Position numbers and translations under genes: made by a program. The notes below the pieces were generated by a model that saw only the letters and a list, made by a program, of their open reading frames with translations, was not told the origin of the DNA and did no database searches. Of a stretch of DNA of 64,000 bases, positions 1-9,603 are shown one piece after another. This stretch comes from Escherichia phage RB16. Positions within the stretch are counted from its first letter, which is position 1, and each line of letters starts with the position of its first letter. The stretch lies in the sequence record NC_014467.1. One strand, given 5' to 3'.

Positions 1-909
1 TTAGTAATGACTGAACCCTGCGGTTACATCAGTCATCACCTGATAACGGCATACACGCATTTTGGCGTTGTCGTAATCTACGGGAATAGCTACCACATCG
101 CGAGGATTTACCTTAACCTGAATCACTCGCCCACGTCCACCACCATAGTGAGGGAGATACGATTTTGCGGCAACATGCAGACCGCATGAACAGGTTTTGT
201 GTTTGTCTTCGTCTACCTGGTTGCGAGGCATTTTGACGATAGCGCCAGGGCTGTTATCGAACTTGCCTGTTGCCATATCCTTATAGTCTTCGCTAACGCG
301 TTTCCATGCGTAGAAATCACCGTCATCAGCTAATTCGATATCGTTATGCACCAGGAAGCCATAAAGCTGATACACAGCATCACGGGACGGGTTTTGCATC
401 AACTTTTCGAAGAAGTTGACCAGATGTTCGTATGGGCGTTCGTTGTACATTTCACGAACAATACGCTGCGTGATCCCGCTGTCAAACACGACATCTTTAT
501 ACATGACTTTGTGACCGATGATCTTGATATTGCCTTTGCTGAACACCTTCAACGCCTGTTTGGTATTCAACAGCGCGGCTACACCTTCAATATCACCTTT
601 AGTCAGAAGAACATGCGCCTTTTCAAAGTTCGGATGGTTTGAATCAGCGGTGATAATCTCACCGTTTCGCACCAGAGTAATGAATGATTCAGAACCAATC
701 ATCTTAGAACCCGTATCCGTTTTCGGTAGCGGTTTCTGTTCTTCGTGTGCATATTTCGCGTGTTGTTCGGTAATAACGCGCCCGATTGTTCGGACGCTTA
801 CACCAAATTGTTTAGCCAGTGCGGTTTTGTTTGCGCTGGTTAGAAAGCCCTCATAGACTGCTTTCTTTTGTACATCATCAAGGATCTTAACAGTTCTCAT
901 TATTTCCAC
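1..909 (-). CDS. rIIB: rIIB membrane-associated lysis-inhibition/exclusion protein
   Basis: 302 aa complete ORF; C-terminal region resembles T4 rIIB (NPS..AV..L..FLV.NDIE); lies directly downstream of rIIA as in T4. Confidence 0.8.
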   Translation of the reverse strand: MEIMRTVKILDDVQKKAVYEGFLTSANKTALAKQFGVSVRTIGRVITEQHAKYAHEEQKPLPKTDTGSKMIGSESFITLVRNGEIITADSNHPNFEKAHVLLTKGDIEGVAALLNTKQALKVFSKGNIKIIGHKVMYKDVVFDSGITQRIVREMYNERPYEHLVNFFEKLMQNPSRDAVYQLYGFLVHNDIELADDGDFYAWKRVSEDYKDMATGKFDNSPGAIVKMPRNQVDEDKHKTCSCGLHVAAKSYLPHYGGGRGRVIQVKVNPRDVVAIPVDYDNAKMRVCRYQVMTDVTAGFSHY

Positions 910-3149
910 CGTATTAATTTTACCATATCATCAGTCATCGCTTTATCTTCCAGAATATACCGGATTTGATAGCCATCACTGTTTCTCAGGATTCGAGCAA
1001 TTAACGGATTGCGTTTAGCGAAAATCTCATATTGTTCGTCAACGCGTTCAATCATTGCATGTTCCATTTCTTCATGTCGGGCCTGTGCCACACGAATAGA
1101 CGGGTTCTTTGCTTCTGTCGTTTCACCGTCTTCTGTAGTCTGCATCAACACTTTACCATCAAGCGTGTTCAGAATGTTATAACGACGCGAATCATAACGG
1201 TTTTTAACCATGCGATCAAGGCTAATACCCAAATTTTCGTATAGTTCTTTAACGGAACCACGATACTTTTTCGAAACAAAAGCCGGATACCAGTTAGGTT
1301 TCATTTCTTTTGCAGTCTTGCAGAACAATTCAGCAAGGAACGTATCAAGACAAATCATTCTGCTGTCTGGGATCTTATTCCATAACGAATTACGGAGTGT
1401 ATACACCACACGAACACCAGAGATTTCCATCACAGTAGCCAGGTTATTCATGATGCTTGACATCGAGAAGTTATTCGACTCACTCAACGAACTGTAATCA
1501 TCAACACCATACAGACGCAATGCGTATGCAGATTCGAGGTTTACAAACTCCGCTTTCGTGAGGAACAAATCTTCTTTGTTCAAATCGCCATTGATCCCGA
1601 CCGTGTAACGGTATGCTGTCGGCGTTTTCGGACGCGGTTCAGAATCTTTATCGATTGTTTCGCGTGTTGCTCTCCAGCGACGGCGATCCTCAGTATAAAC
1701 TTCCAGTTCTTCCGTCATTTCACTGGTTTTCAGATAAACGATTTCAGATTCATCATAGTAACCGTTTTTGATGAAGTTCTGTAAATTATCCTGGTTTCTG
1801 TTCGGATCGTATTCAACAAAGTTCATACGGTCAGTTTTGTGAAGCATACAGTACCCGATAGCATACGCACGTACAGACTTCGCGTTGTTATCGTTCTGTA
1901 ACAGATACAGGTTTCTTTGCTTCCACGGGTGCAACATACGCGTAATATCCTGGCGGCGCATGGTTTCTGATTTAAACGTTACCCAACGACAACCGGAACC
2001 TGTACGCTCAAAGCTGCAATCTTTCCCGTCATACGTGTTCGCCCAGTATCCCCAGATTTGCATATTCGTAATCAGGTCTTTACTGTTGAAGTGCATCACC
2101 AGATCCGAAAGCGTAATATTACCAACTCTGAATTTCTTATCGCGGGTAACGAATGATTGCAGCATAGTAGGAAGATTCTGATACCAGATCACCTTTTCAC
2201 GCGTCGTTTTCAGTTTCGCAAAGTCTTCCGTCAGTTCAGAATAGTAACATTCGTTAATACCTTTCAGGCGATCCAGAATAGCTTGCTTGGTGATTTTATC
2301 CAGACTTAGTTCTTCACGGGACGGCATGAAGTCCAGAGTACCCAGGGGGAAATCCAGAATGTAAGCATAATCGCTGTTCTGATAACAATAGAACAGTGAA
2401 TCCCTGAACATATCCAAATCGATCGGATAGCAGATATTACCCATACGAGCGAACAGGCCAGAATAATGTTTTGACTTATAACGGATGATCCCGCGATTAT
2501 TTGCTTCTGTCGGTTGCCAGTTGATATCCAGTTGAACACCAATAAAGCGAGGACGAATAGTTGTAAACGCTTCGTAAACACGAGCGGCTTCACGTTCCCA
2601 TTCTGGGATATCTTCGACGTTAACCGGAACTGTTACCTGAACGCCGTTAGGTTCATCAGTTTCTACAGCATACAGCGGGTCAATGTACGGTTCGCCGTCT
2701 TCATTGAGGTAAGCAGTATAACCGCGCTTCATGCCGTCCTGAATTGATTCTACTGTGAATGTTGAGGTGTAGCAGAACGGGGATTTGCTACCCAGCCCCA
2801 GCGCCCCGATCAGGTCGTCGGTGTCGGTTTTGGTTGATTCGAAATAAACGGTGAATACTTCGTTCACCATGTAATCACTCAGGCCAGTACCGTAATCACG
2901 AACGATGAAACGAGGATCGAGAACGGTCGGTAACTGAACGTCAAAGCGATCCATGTTACCCGCTACGATATGACCATCAATCGCGTTACAAGAAATCTCA
3001 CGAATGATTGCGCGGATCTTGTATTTGTAGATTGTGGATGAAAGGATTTTGAACGCTTTCTTACCTGCTCTCATTCCAAAAGCTCTACGGCTTCCAGACT
3101 CGATACCTACACGATGGACTGTGCTTGCTTGGCTTTCGCGTAACTTCAT
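900..3149 (-). CDS. rIIA: rIIA protein (GHKL-type ATPase-like N-terminus)
   Basis: 749 aa ORF (T4 rIIA is 725 aa); N-terminal ATPase-like motifs; overlaps rIIB start by 10 nt. Confidence 0.8.
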   Translation of the reverse strand: MKLRESQASTVHRVGIESGSRRAFGMRAGKKAFKILSSTIYKYKIRAIIREISCNAIDGHIVAGNMDRFDVQLPTVLDPRFIVRDYGTGLSDYMVNEVFTVYFESTKTDTDDLIGALGLGSKSPFCYTSTFTVESIQDGMKRGYTAYLNEDGEPYIDPLYAVETDEPNGVQVTVPVNVEDIPEWEREAARVYEAFTTIRPRFIGVQLDINWQPTEANNRGIIRYKSKHYSGLFARMGNICYPIDLDMFRDSLFYCYQNSDYAYILDFPLGTLDFMPSREELSLDKITKQAILDRLKGINECYYSELTEDFAKLKTTREKVIWYQNLPTMLQSFVTRDKKFRVGNITLSDLVMHFNSKDLITNMQIWGYWANTYDGKDCSFERTGSGCRWVTFKSETMRRQDITRMLHPWKQRNLYLLQNDNNAKSVRAYAIGYCMLHKTDRMNFVEYDPNRNQDNLQNFIKNGYYDESEIVYLKTSEMTEELEVYTEDRRRWRATRETIDKDSEPRPKTPTAYRYTVGINGDLNKEDLFLTKAEFVNLESAYALRLYGVDDYSSLSESNNFSMSSIMNNLATVMEISGVRVVYTLRNSLWNKIPDSRMICLDTFLAELFCKTAKEMKPNWYPAFVSKKYRGSVKELYENLGISLDRMVKNRYDSRRYNILNTLDGKVLMQTTEDGETTEAKNPSIRVAQARHEEMEHAMIERVDEQYEIFAKRNPLIARILRNSDGYQIRYILEDKAMTDDMVKLIRWK

Positions 3150-3159
3150 TGTTTATATC

Positions 3160-3393
3160 TCACTTGTTGAAAATAATGTTTTCGCATGAATATTTTGTCG
3201 GTTTCTTGTCGATACCGTATTCAAGCGGTGTACACATACGATCCATATAATCGTAAATTTCTTGTTTGCGTTTTTCGTCCTTTTTCATTTCAAGGATACC
3301 AAAAACGATAGCAGTCACAAAACACATAGCGATAGTTGAAAGAATAACGATAGCTACGTATTTTGATGTGTTTGGTGCGCTGCATGGTCTCAT
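3160..3393 (-). CDS. small membrane protein (rIIA.1 position)
   Basis: 77 aa; hydrophobic segment YVAIVILSTIAMCFVTAIVFGIL; tightly packed upstream of rIIA. Confidence 0.45.
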   Translation of the reverse strand: MRPCSAPNTSKYVAIVILSTIAMCFVTAIVFGILEMKKDEKRKQEIYDYMDRMCTPLEYGIDKKPTKYSCENIIFNK

Positions 3394-3932
3394 TGTAACA
3401 CCTTCGCAAATTCCTGTGAAGTCAGTTTACGGGCAACTAAACGCCCTTTTGTTGATGCTTTATGGCCTACCATATACATCGTGGAAATGTTGCGTTTTCC
3501 TGATTGGATTTCATTATACATCTTTTCCGGCATGGTTGATTGATAAACTTCACCGTTTGATGTTTTCAGGAACATAGCATAAACATGGTCATCTTTCTTT
3601 TCGATGATTTCTTTTTCACGAACACGAACCTTAGACGATGTTGGTTTAGCACCCAATTCAATAGCCTTTCTTTGCCATACAGGTCCGTGTCCAGCACCAT
3701 AACCAACAAGGGCATGTGCGATTTCGTGCATAAGAGTATCCAAAATACAATCGTAGGTATCTTCTTCAACATGTTTCCGGCGTAACTGGATCTCTCTTTT
3801 GGAGTAACTGCAACAACCCAGAGTACGCTTGAAACGTCCGTTGATTTTGAAAGACCAATGAGATAAGCCATGCTTCGCCATGATGCTTTTGGCCCAAATG
3901 GTTATTTCCATATCGCTACGAGTTTTGAACAT
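3390..3932 (-). CDS. SprT-like zinc metalloprotease domain protein
   Basis: 180 aa; HEIAH (HExxH) motif with SprT-like N-terminal region; 4-nt overlap with downstream gene. Confidence 0.6.
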   Translation of the reverse strand: MFKTRSDMEITIWAKSIMAKHGLSHWSFKINGRFKRTLGCCSYSKREIQLRRKHVEEDTYDCILDTLMHEIAHALVGYGAGHGPVWQRKAIELGAKPTSSKVRVREKEIIEKKDDHVYAMFLKTSNGEVYQSTMPEKMYNEIQSGKRNISTMYMVGHKASTKGRLVARKLTSQEFAKVLQ

Positions 3933-3959
3933 TTTATATCCTCCCCAATCAGTGAGGAC

Positions 3960-3988
3960 ACTATAACAAAAAGCCTCCCGCGATGCAA
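3960..3988 (-). promoter_or_regulatory. sigma70-like promoter embedded in stem-loop (PeSL-like): -35 TTGCAT, 17-bp spacer, -10 TATAGT
   Basis: Read on minus strand; the -35 lies inside hairpin AGCCTC...GAGGCT followed by TTTTTGT; upstream of the SprT-like gene. Confidence 0.45.
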
Positions 3989-4004
3989 GAGGCTTTTTGT
4001 AAAT

Positions 4005-5294
4005 TTATTTCAATTTCTTCGAAAGTTCTTTCAAATCATTGAGATATTCAGTTTTCGGGGTCGTTTCTTCCCAGTATTTCAGTTGCTTACGCAGTTCATT
4101 CGCTTCGTCTTCCAGCTTTTGACGTTCATCCGTGGTTAAATGGTAGATGTTCATCGCAACCAGGATTTCGGCGTGGTTCTCGCAACCCGCCCACGTAGAG
4201 ACAAGTTTAACCGCTTCGCTGCGACTAAGCCCCTTCAATGCGTCAGGCTGTGCGATCATCTGGTCGATGAAGTCAACCTTCGCCAGCGCTTTATCTAACG
4301 CTTCCTTAGTCTCCTGGATGCGTTTATCAATACGCTGTTGGTAAACACCAATACGGATATCAACGAAGTCTTTCAGCAACGTTTCAGGCCGCTCGTATGA
4401 ATGCAGTTTCCCGTTAAAGATAACGTTGATGTTCGGGTTTGAGTTCTCAATCAATCCGAAATCTTTCAGGATCTTCTCACGGGTAAGCCCGTTTGCGTAC
4501 TCACGTTTCAGGGTGATTTCGTAGCGGAAATCTTCTTTCGATAGATCCTTATAGCTTACGATATACCCTTTCTCTTCCAGCTTATCCAGAATAGAAATAT
4601 ATTTCACGCGATCATACTTGACCGGAATCTCTGTGATCACCAGTTTGGTTTTACCCTGGAGTTCGTACTTGCCGTACATCGTACCGTTTTCAATGTCACC
4701 TTTGAAATGCGGGTATTTCAGATCCAGCGTGAAATCTTTCCCGTTCAGGTAACTAACGCATCCATTCAGAACCGATACCGGATCATGTGGTGGAATGTTG
4801 GTAGCGTATGCTTTCGCGATCCCGCTGAACCCGTTAACCAATACCATCGGAATGATAGGCAGATAATAGGCAGGCGGTACGTGTTCAGGGTCTTCATGCG
4901 GAAGAGTTAAATCTTCGTCCATGTAGATAGCCTTGAACAGCGGAGACAGCTTACATTTGATGTAACGCGGTGCGCCTGGCTTCTTAACCAGACGGGAACC
5001 AAAGAACCCATCACGTTCGAAAAGCGGGATGTTGTTGCACCAGTGCGCCGCCATGAGAGACAACGCTTCTTCAACGGATGTTTCCCCGTGGTGATAACCA
5101 TACATAGCAACACCGCCAGCGATAGAGGCTACTTTCTGGAAGCCTGTACCGCCTTTTGCAGCGGAATGTATGAAGAAACGGTGAACGGGTTTGAACCCGT
5201 CTACCAGGTGCGGGATCGCACGAGAATAAATTGTGTAAAGGGCAAACGTAAGCCCTTCAACCTGCACAACGTCTTTAATACTTCGTTCCATCAA
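4005..5294 (-). CDS. 52: DNA topoisomerase II medium subunit (GyrA-like, gp52)
   Basis: 429 aa; GyrA N-terminal-like sequence; size matches T4 gp52 (442 aa); adjacent to gp39. Confidence 0.8.
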   Translation of the reverse strand: MMERSIKDVVQVEGLTFALYTIYSRAIPHLVDGFKPVHRFFIHSAAKGGTGFQKVASIAGGVAMYGYHHGETSVEEALSLMAAHWCNNIPLFERDGFFGSRLVKKPGAPRYIKCKLSPLFKAIYMDEDLTLPHEDPEHVPPAYYLPIIPMVLVNGFSGIAKAYATNIPPHDPVSVLNGCVSYLNGKDFTLDLKYPHFKGDIENGTMYGKYELQGKTKLVITEIPVKYDRVKYISILDKLEEKGYIVSYKDLSKEDFRYEITLKREYANGLTREKILKDFGLIENSNPNINVIFNGKLHSYERPETLLKDFVDIRIGVYQQRIDKRIQETKEALDKALAKVDFIDQMIAQPDALKGLSRSEAVKLVSTWAGCENHAEILVAMNIYHLTTDERQKLEDEANELRKQLKYWEETTPKTEYLNDLKELSKKLK

Positions 5295-7192
5295 TCAACC
5301 CTTGAAAATCTATGTTTTCCGTTTACCCAGTCTTTACGCGGATCGGAATCATCACCGAAACACAGTTCCAGAACGTCTTTGTATTCGTCGCCCAGTACGA
5401 TTGTATCGTATTTCAACTGGTCGCCCAACACCCGATCGTAATCTTCTTTACGCAAAGAACCCAGCCCTTTGATGTATCGTGCCTCTTTCGCTTTATCACG
5501 GAAAGGCGTGAAATCGTCCAGAGAGTAGAACCATTTTTCTTCACGTCCGACTTTCGCAATGATAATCGGTGTGCGAATATACCGGATCTTTTTCTTCGCG
5601 AACAACTCAGGCCAACGGCTAAAGAATGCAATTAACAGGGTGAGAATATCGCCCCCGTCAACGTCAGCATCCACCATGATCCCGATGTTGTCGTAAGTCA
5701 TTTCGGACGAGTCGCCTGGATGGAGATTCAGGATCGCCATTAACTCGAATAATTCTTTGTTTTTGAGAATGTCGGAATTGCTCATTCCCCAGGTGTTCAA
5801 CGGTTTGCCACGTAGCGGAAACGCGCCTTGTGTCTCTTCGTTTCTGCACTCGATAAACTGCCCCACAGCGGAATCACCTTCCGTCAGAAACAAAGTGGTT
5901 TCTACTCCATCGGTATCAATTCCTGATGCTGGAACATGTTTTGCAACCTTCGCCTTTTTCGCTTTCTTTTTCGCTTTCGTAATGGCTGCTGCTTCTGCTG
6001 CCTGTTTGCGAATCAAAGCGGACTCGATGATCGGAGTGATTATTTCAGAAGTATCCATAATCTGTTTCGCGATCTTCTTGTAGTTCAGTCCGGCGTGGTT
6101 GTTGAACTCCCCAGCAGTGTTTGTCAGTTTTTCTTTCGTCTGACTATCAAAAGCTGGTGCATTGAAGTTATGCAAAAACACGACCAAAGTCAAACATTCT
6201 TTTACACGGGCTTTCGGGATCTCGATAGCGTGTTTCTTCTTGATCATCGGTTCCAGTTCGGTATAGATACCATCGATCATGCAATCGACGTGTACACCAC
6301 CGTTTTTTGTGTCCAGACCGTTGACAAATGATTTCTGTTTGAACCCGTCTTCTGTGCTTGCCAGGATGAAACTGATTTTGTTGTTTGTCTGAACAATCGT
6401 TTTCTCTCCGTACATCGCACCATACATCGCGAATTTATTCGGGAGAACTTCATTGTTGTACGTAAATTTAACCGAAGGGAATGCCACTGCAAGCGCCATA
6501 AGGCGATCTTTGATGACTTCCTTTGTTTCTTCGTCGATACCATCCACACCGAAAATTGAGAAATCAGGGGTAAACTTAACAGTAGTTCCCTGTTCTTTCG
6601 TCGGGCTGGTTCGGTAATCCATATTCTGTGCGCCGTCAGTACAGTTGATCGTGACTTTGCGCTTACCGTTGGATGTCTCACCGATAAAGATTGAACTGTA
6701 ACAGTTAGTCAGGAAAGAACCTACACCGTTCATCCCCATTGTTACGCGGTTTTCATCATCGAAGTTTGAACCTGATTTTGCCATAGTCCAGGCTGCAACA
6801 GGTTTAGGGACAATTTTCCCTTCCGGCGTTCTCACGTCATCTTGTGGAATACCGCGCCCGTTATCTGAGATTGTCACCAAATTATGATCAATCTTCACTT
6901 CGATTTTGTTCGCGAATTTAAAATCTGTACGGATCGCTTCATCGATAGAGTTATCGAGGATTTCGTTGATGATTTTCACCAGACCTTCGACGTATTCCAC
7001 TTTGCGGAACTTACCCTGAATGAAGCGTTCGTGTGCTTCTCGGTTCACTGAACCCACATACATGTTAGGACGTTTGCGAATGTGATCGCGATCACTTAGG
7101 CAGAATGATTCATCGACTTCCACGCCTTTTGGCGTTTCCGGTACTTTCTGCGGTTCTTCTTCGTCCATTAAGAAATCTAAACTCATATTCAC
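5291..7192 (-). CDS. 39: DNA topoisomerase II large subunit (GyrB-like, gp39 with gp60 portion fused)
   Basis: 633 aa; GHKL ATPase motifs (ILDNSIDEA, DNGRGIP), TOPRIM region; length equals T4 gp39+gp60. Confidence 0.85.
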   Translation of the reverse strand: MNMSLDFLMDEEEPQKVPETPKGVEVDESFCLSDRDHIRKRPNMYVGSVNREAHERFIQGKFRKVEYVEGLVKIINEILDNSIDEAIRTDFKFANKIEVKIDHNLVTISDNGRGIPQDDVRTPEGKIVPKPVAAWTMAKSGSNFDDENRVTMGMNGVGSFLTNCYSSIFIGETSNGKRKVTINCTDGAQNMDYRTSPTKEQGTTVKFTPDFSIFGVDGIDEETKEVIKDRLMALAVAFPSVKFTYNNEVLPNKFAMYGAMYGEKTIVQTNNKISFILASTEDGFKQKSFVNGLDTKNGGVHVDCMIDGIYTELEPMIKKKHAIEIPKARVKECLTLVVFLHNFNAPAFDSQTKEKLTNTAGEFNNHAGLNYKKIAKQIMDTSEIITPIIESALIRKQAAEAAAITKAKKKAKKAKVAKHVPASGIDTDGVETTLFLTEGDSAVGQFIECRNEETQGAFPLRGKPLNTWGMSNSDILKNKELFELMAILNLHPGDSSEMTYDNIGIMVDADVDGGDILTLLIAFFSRWPELFAKKKIRYIRTPIIIAKVGREEKWFYSLDDFTPFRDKAKEARYIKGLGSLRKEDYDRVLGDQLKYDTIVLGDEYKDVLELCFGDDSDPRKDWVNGKHRFSRVD

Positions 7193-7230
7193 CTCTTTGT
7201 TAGTTCAGTCATTATATAGGGTTCTATGAA

Positions 7231-7251
7231 AAAGAAAACCCCTTTCGGGGT
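7231..7251 (-). terminator. intrinsic terminator hairpin (minus-strand sense AACCCC-GAAA-GGGGTT + U-run)
   Basis: GC stem with GNRA loop on the sense strand followed by TTTTCTTTTT; immediately after the stop of 7252..7461. Confidence 0.5.
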
Positions 7252-7461
7252 TTAAGCATCTTTGATTTTTTGAAGAATGGGTATCAGTTCTTCAACTTGC
7301 ATTCGCGTTAACGCGATCTCAAAACCGTATTGGTTAATTCGAGTGATTTGCGACACCGATTCTGAATCAAATTCAACAATCAGTTTGTCGCAATATTCTT
7401 GCGGTTGAAACCCATCAGCATACCCGTAATCGTCGGGTATGGTTTCGTTTATTTTAGACAT
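7252..7461 (-). CDS. hypothetical protein
   Basis: ORF with RBS AAGGTGG before the second Met of the track ORF; start overlaps the stop of the upstream zinc-ribbon ORF. Confidence 0.4.
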   Translation of the reverse strand: MSKINETIPDDYGYADGFQPQEYCDKLIVEFDSESVSQITRINQYGFEIALTRMQVEELIPILQKIKDA

Positions 7462-7615
7462 AGGGAAAGCCACCTTTTACCATTTGGGGCTTATCAACTG
7501 TTCGATGTGCTTCGCCCCCGCATTCACAGTCCTTTGGTGCATCGCGGGTCGCAATGCTGGACATTTTCGGGAACTCTTTTTCACACTTTTTGCATTTATA
7601 GGTATAAGTCGGCAT
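7454..7615 (-). CDS. small zinc-ribbon protein (CxxC-x18-CxC), 53 aa
   Basis: Not in ORF track (<60 aa); hand-translated MPTYTYKCKKCEKEFPKMSSIATRDAPKDCECGGEAHRTVDKPQMVKGGFPYV; TAATG overlap with upstream stop and 8-nt overlap with downstream start. Confidence 0.45.
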   Translation of the reverse strand: MPTYTYKCKKCEKEFPKMSSIATRDAPKDCECGGEAHRTVDKPQMVKGGFPYV

Positions 7616-8052
7616 TAATAGATCTCTTTTAAACTCAACATATCAATAAGATTAGCTCTACGCATATCAAACACACATTGTGATTTACCTGCATACAACC
7701 GATCAACTTCATATACCATACAAACGAAACCACAATTGTGTAAGCGTTCGCGTTCGTATTTGTTAAACCATTTTGACAGTTTAGGCAATGAAGCAAATCC
7801 GAAATGAAATCCGTCGAAACCGCCACCATTAAGACTACGAGAAAGTCGCAGATCTTCCCAAGGGGCCGGATGTCGGTCGTCGTCAATGGATACACAAGGA
7901 CGAGGATTAATATAAAATTGTTCTAACCATTTTAACGTTTTGTTGTTTATTACTTGCGTTACGTATGGCCCGATATTGCGAGTCCATTGCGTTTTTCCAC
8001 AATTCTGATCACGAATAACAGAAACGTTCAATTCAACACGGTAGACTAACAT
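7615..8052 (-). CDS. hypothetical protein
   Basis: 145 aa ORF in tightly packed minus-strand operon; no recognisable motif. Confidence 0.45.
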   Translation of the reverse strand: MLVYRVELNVSVIRDQNCGKTQWTRNIGPYVTQVINNKTLKWLEQFYINPRPCVSIDDDRHPAPWEDLRLSRSLNGGGFDGFHFGFASLPKLSKWFNKYERERLHNCGFVCMVYEVDRLYAGKSQCVFDMRRANLIDMLSLKEIY

Positions 8053-8072
8053 TATATAATCCTCACAATTGA

Positions 8073-8711
8073 TTAACTACAGGTATCGTACCACTTCTGT
8101 AGTTTCTTCGCAACAAGTTTATTCACTACTTGCGCGATTTCGTGCGTTCCGTGGGTTGCGTTCAGTTCCAGGTTGATGACATCCAGAGCACACAGGATCA
8201 CATCAACGCTTTCCTCTACGATGTTACCGCCTCGCTGGGGCTGAATGATACATTCAGACACTTCCCCAACTTCTGCCGCCATGTGATGCACTACGTCGCT
8301 TTTGTGGCGTTTCTTAACCCGGTGCGCAACCTTAAAGAAGTCATCCAGCACAACAGAGGTTGATTCACGCGGGGCGACCTCGCCTCCTGCATTTGCTTCT
8401 TCCAGAATTTTTCTGAATAGTTCCGGGACAACCACATCGTTTCTTGTCGCTTCTGCTTCTTCGCGTGTTGCGATGTATACCGGATTAAACAGGGTTTTCA
8501 GCGTGTCAAACGTAACCGGACACGGGATGCCCTCAAGATAAACTGAGTTCAGCATTACAATGCTGATTTTACGCGGCGCGTTGAAGTCCATCGGATTCTT
8601 GCGCAATGCTTCATAGATACGACGAACCGGATCGGTCGGTTTGCACGTTTGCACAACCGCCAAGAAAATTGATTTTGGGGCGTACATGTCGCCTACTTTA
8701 TACTTGCTCAT
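8073..8711 (-). CDS. hypothetical protein, possible MazG-like all-alpha NTP pyrophosphohydrolase fold
   Basis: Start placed at MSKYKVGD (TAATG coupling with upstream stop); C-terminal acidic pattern AEVGEVSE...EESVDVILCALDVINLE is MazG/HisE-like; weak. Confidence 0.3.
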   Translation of the reverse strand: MSKYKVGDMYAPKSIFLAVVQTCKPTDPVRRIYEALRKNPMDFNAPRKISIVMLNSVYLEGIPCPVTFDTLKTLFNPVYIATREEAEATRNDVVVPELFRKILEEANAGGEVAPRESTSVVLDDFFKVAHRVKKRHKSDVVHHMAAEVGEVSECIIQPQRGGNIVEESVDVILCALDVINLELNATHGTHEIAQVVNKLVAKKLQKWYDTCS

Positions 8712-8982
8712 TAACAATGCCTTTATAGTAACCAAAAATAAAACAGTTCACGGTCGGGCGTTCACCAGGGAAATGAACACATTGCATGATGCGTTCTGCC
8801 ATTAAAACATCGTCAAGATAAACACACGTTGTTTCTTCGTTATAATGGCTGTCATATGATGTACGCTTAACCATGCCAGGCAAACCAGCAATGTGCATGA
8901 ATTTGGCGTTGCTGCACGGCTTTCCTGGCTTATCGTCGTAACATAACACTACATTCGTTTTGCTGTTCTTTGGTCTGCTCAT
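8698..8982 (-). CDS. hypothetical protein
   Basis: 94 aa; ATGA start/stop coupling with upstream gene. Confidence 0.4.
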   Translation of the reverse strand: MSRPKNSKTNVVLCYDDKPGKPCSNAKFMHIAGLPGMVKRTSYDSHYNEETTCVYLDDVLMAERIMQCVHFPGERPTVNCFIFGYYKGIVNEQV

Positions 8983-9569
8983 TTGTTTACAACCTCATTA
9001 TATGTTTTCAAATTCCATTCATGCACTTCCGGCACTTTGGAGTAATGATCCAGAAAGATTAACTGGACTTGCATAACGGTAGCACGATCCATATTGAAAA
9101 GGAAGCGCTGCGGGGAAGAAATGCAAAGATAATCATCTGTTGCTCCCCTGCTGGCGCTAAACTCTTTTGTTTCTCCACCGTCGAATTTAGCATAAACCTT
9201 TGTGTAAAAGTACGGGGCGAAAAGATTACGCTTTTCGTCGTCAGTAATCGCGCTAAAACAGGCGCTGGCGAGTTTTCCGCTACCTTCCCTTGTGATGGTG
9301 AAGGTTGTTCCCTTCGTGCGTCCCAAGACGTTCACAACGCGTTCTGTGACATCACCGAAAGCGTTCGTATAATTAACAGTTTCGACAAATCCGTGATCGC
9401 GCCTTTCCTGCAACATCTTTTCATGTTGGGCTATTGAATCTTGTTCAGCGGCGTGTTCAGCTGCTTGATAAACTGCTTTATTCGGATCTCTTGATTGCCA
9501 TGCGAAGAAAAACACTCCAGCGGCTATCAGTCCAAAAATTGCAAATCGTGCGGTTCCTGATAGTTTCAT
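8979..9569 (-). CDS. membrane-anchored hypothetical protein
   Basis: Start placed at MKLSGTARFAIFGLIAAGVFFFA (N-terminal TM/signal anchor); the longer 298-aa track ORF overlaps a separate upstream gene. Confidence 0.45.
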   Translation of the reverse strand: MKLSGTARFAIFGLIAAGVFFFAWQSRDPNKAVYQAAEHAAEQDSIAQHEKMLQERRDHGFVETVNYTNAFGDVTERVVNVLGRTKGTTFTITREGSGKLASACFSAITDDEKRNLFAPYFYTKVYAKFDGGETKEFSASRGATDDYLCISSPQRFLFNMDRATVMQVQLIFLDHYSKVPEVHEWNLKTYNEVVNK

Positions 9570-9603
9570 TTTCTTTTCCAGAAAGGGGCCGAAGCCCCTT
9601 AGT

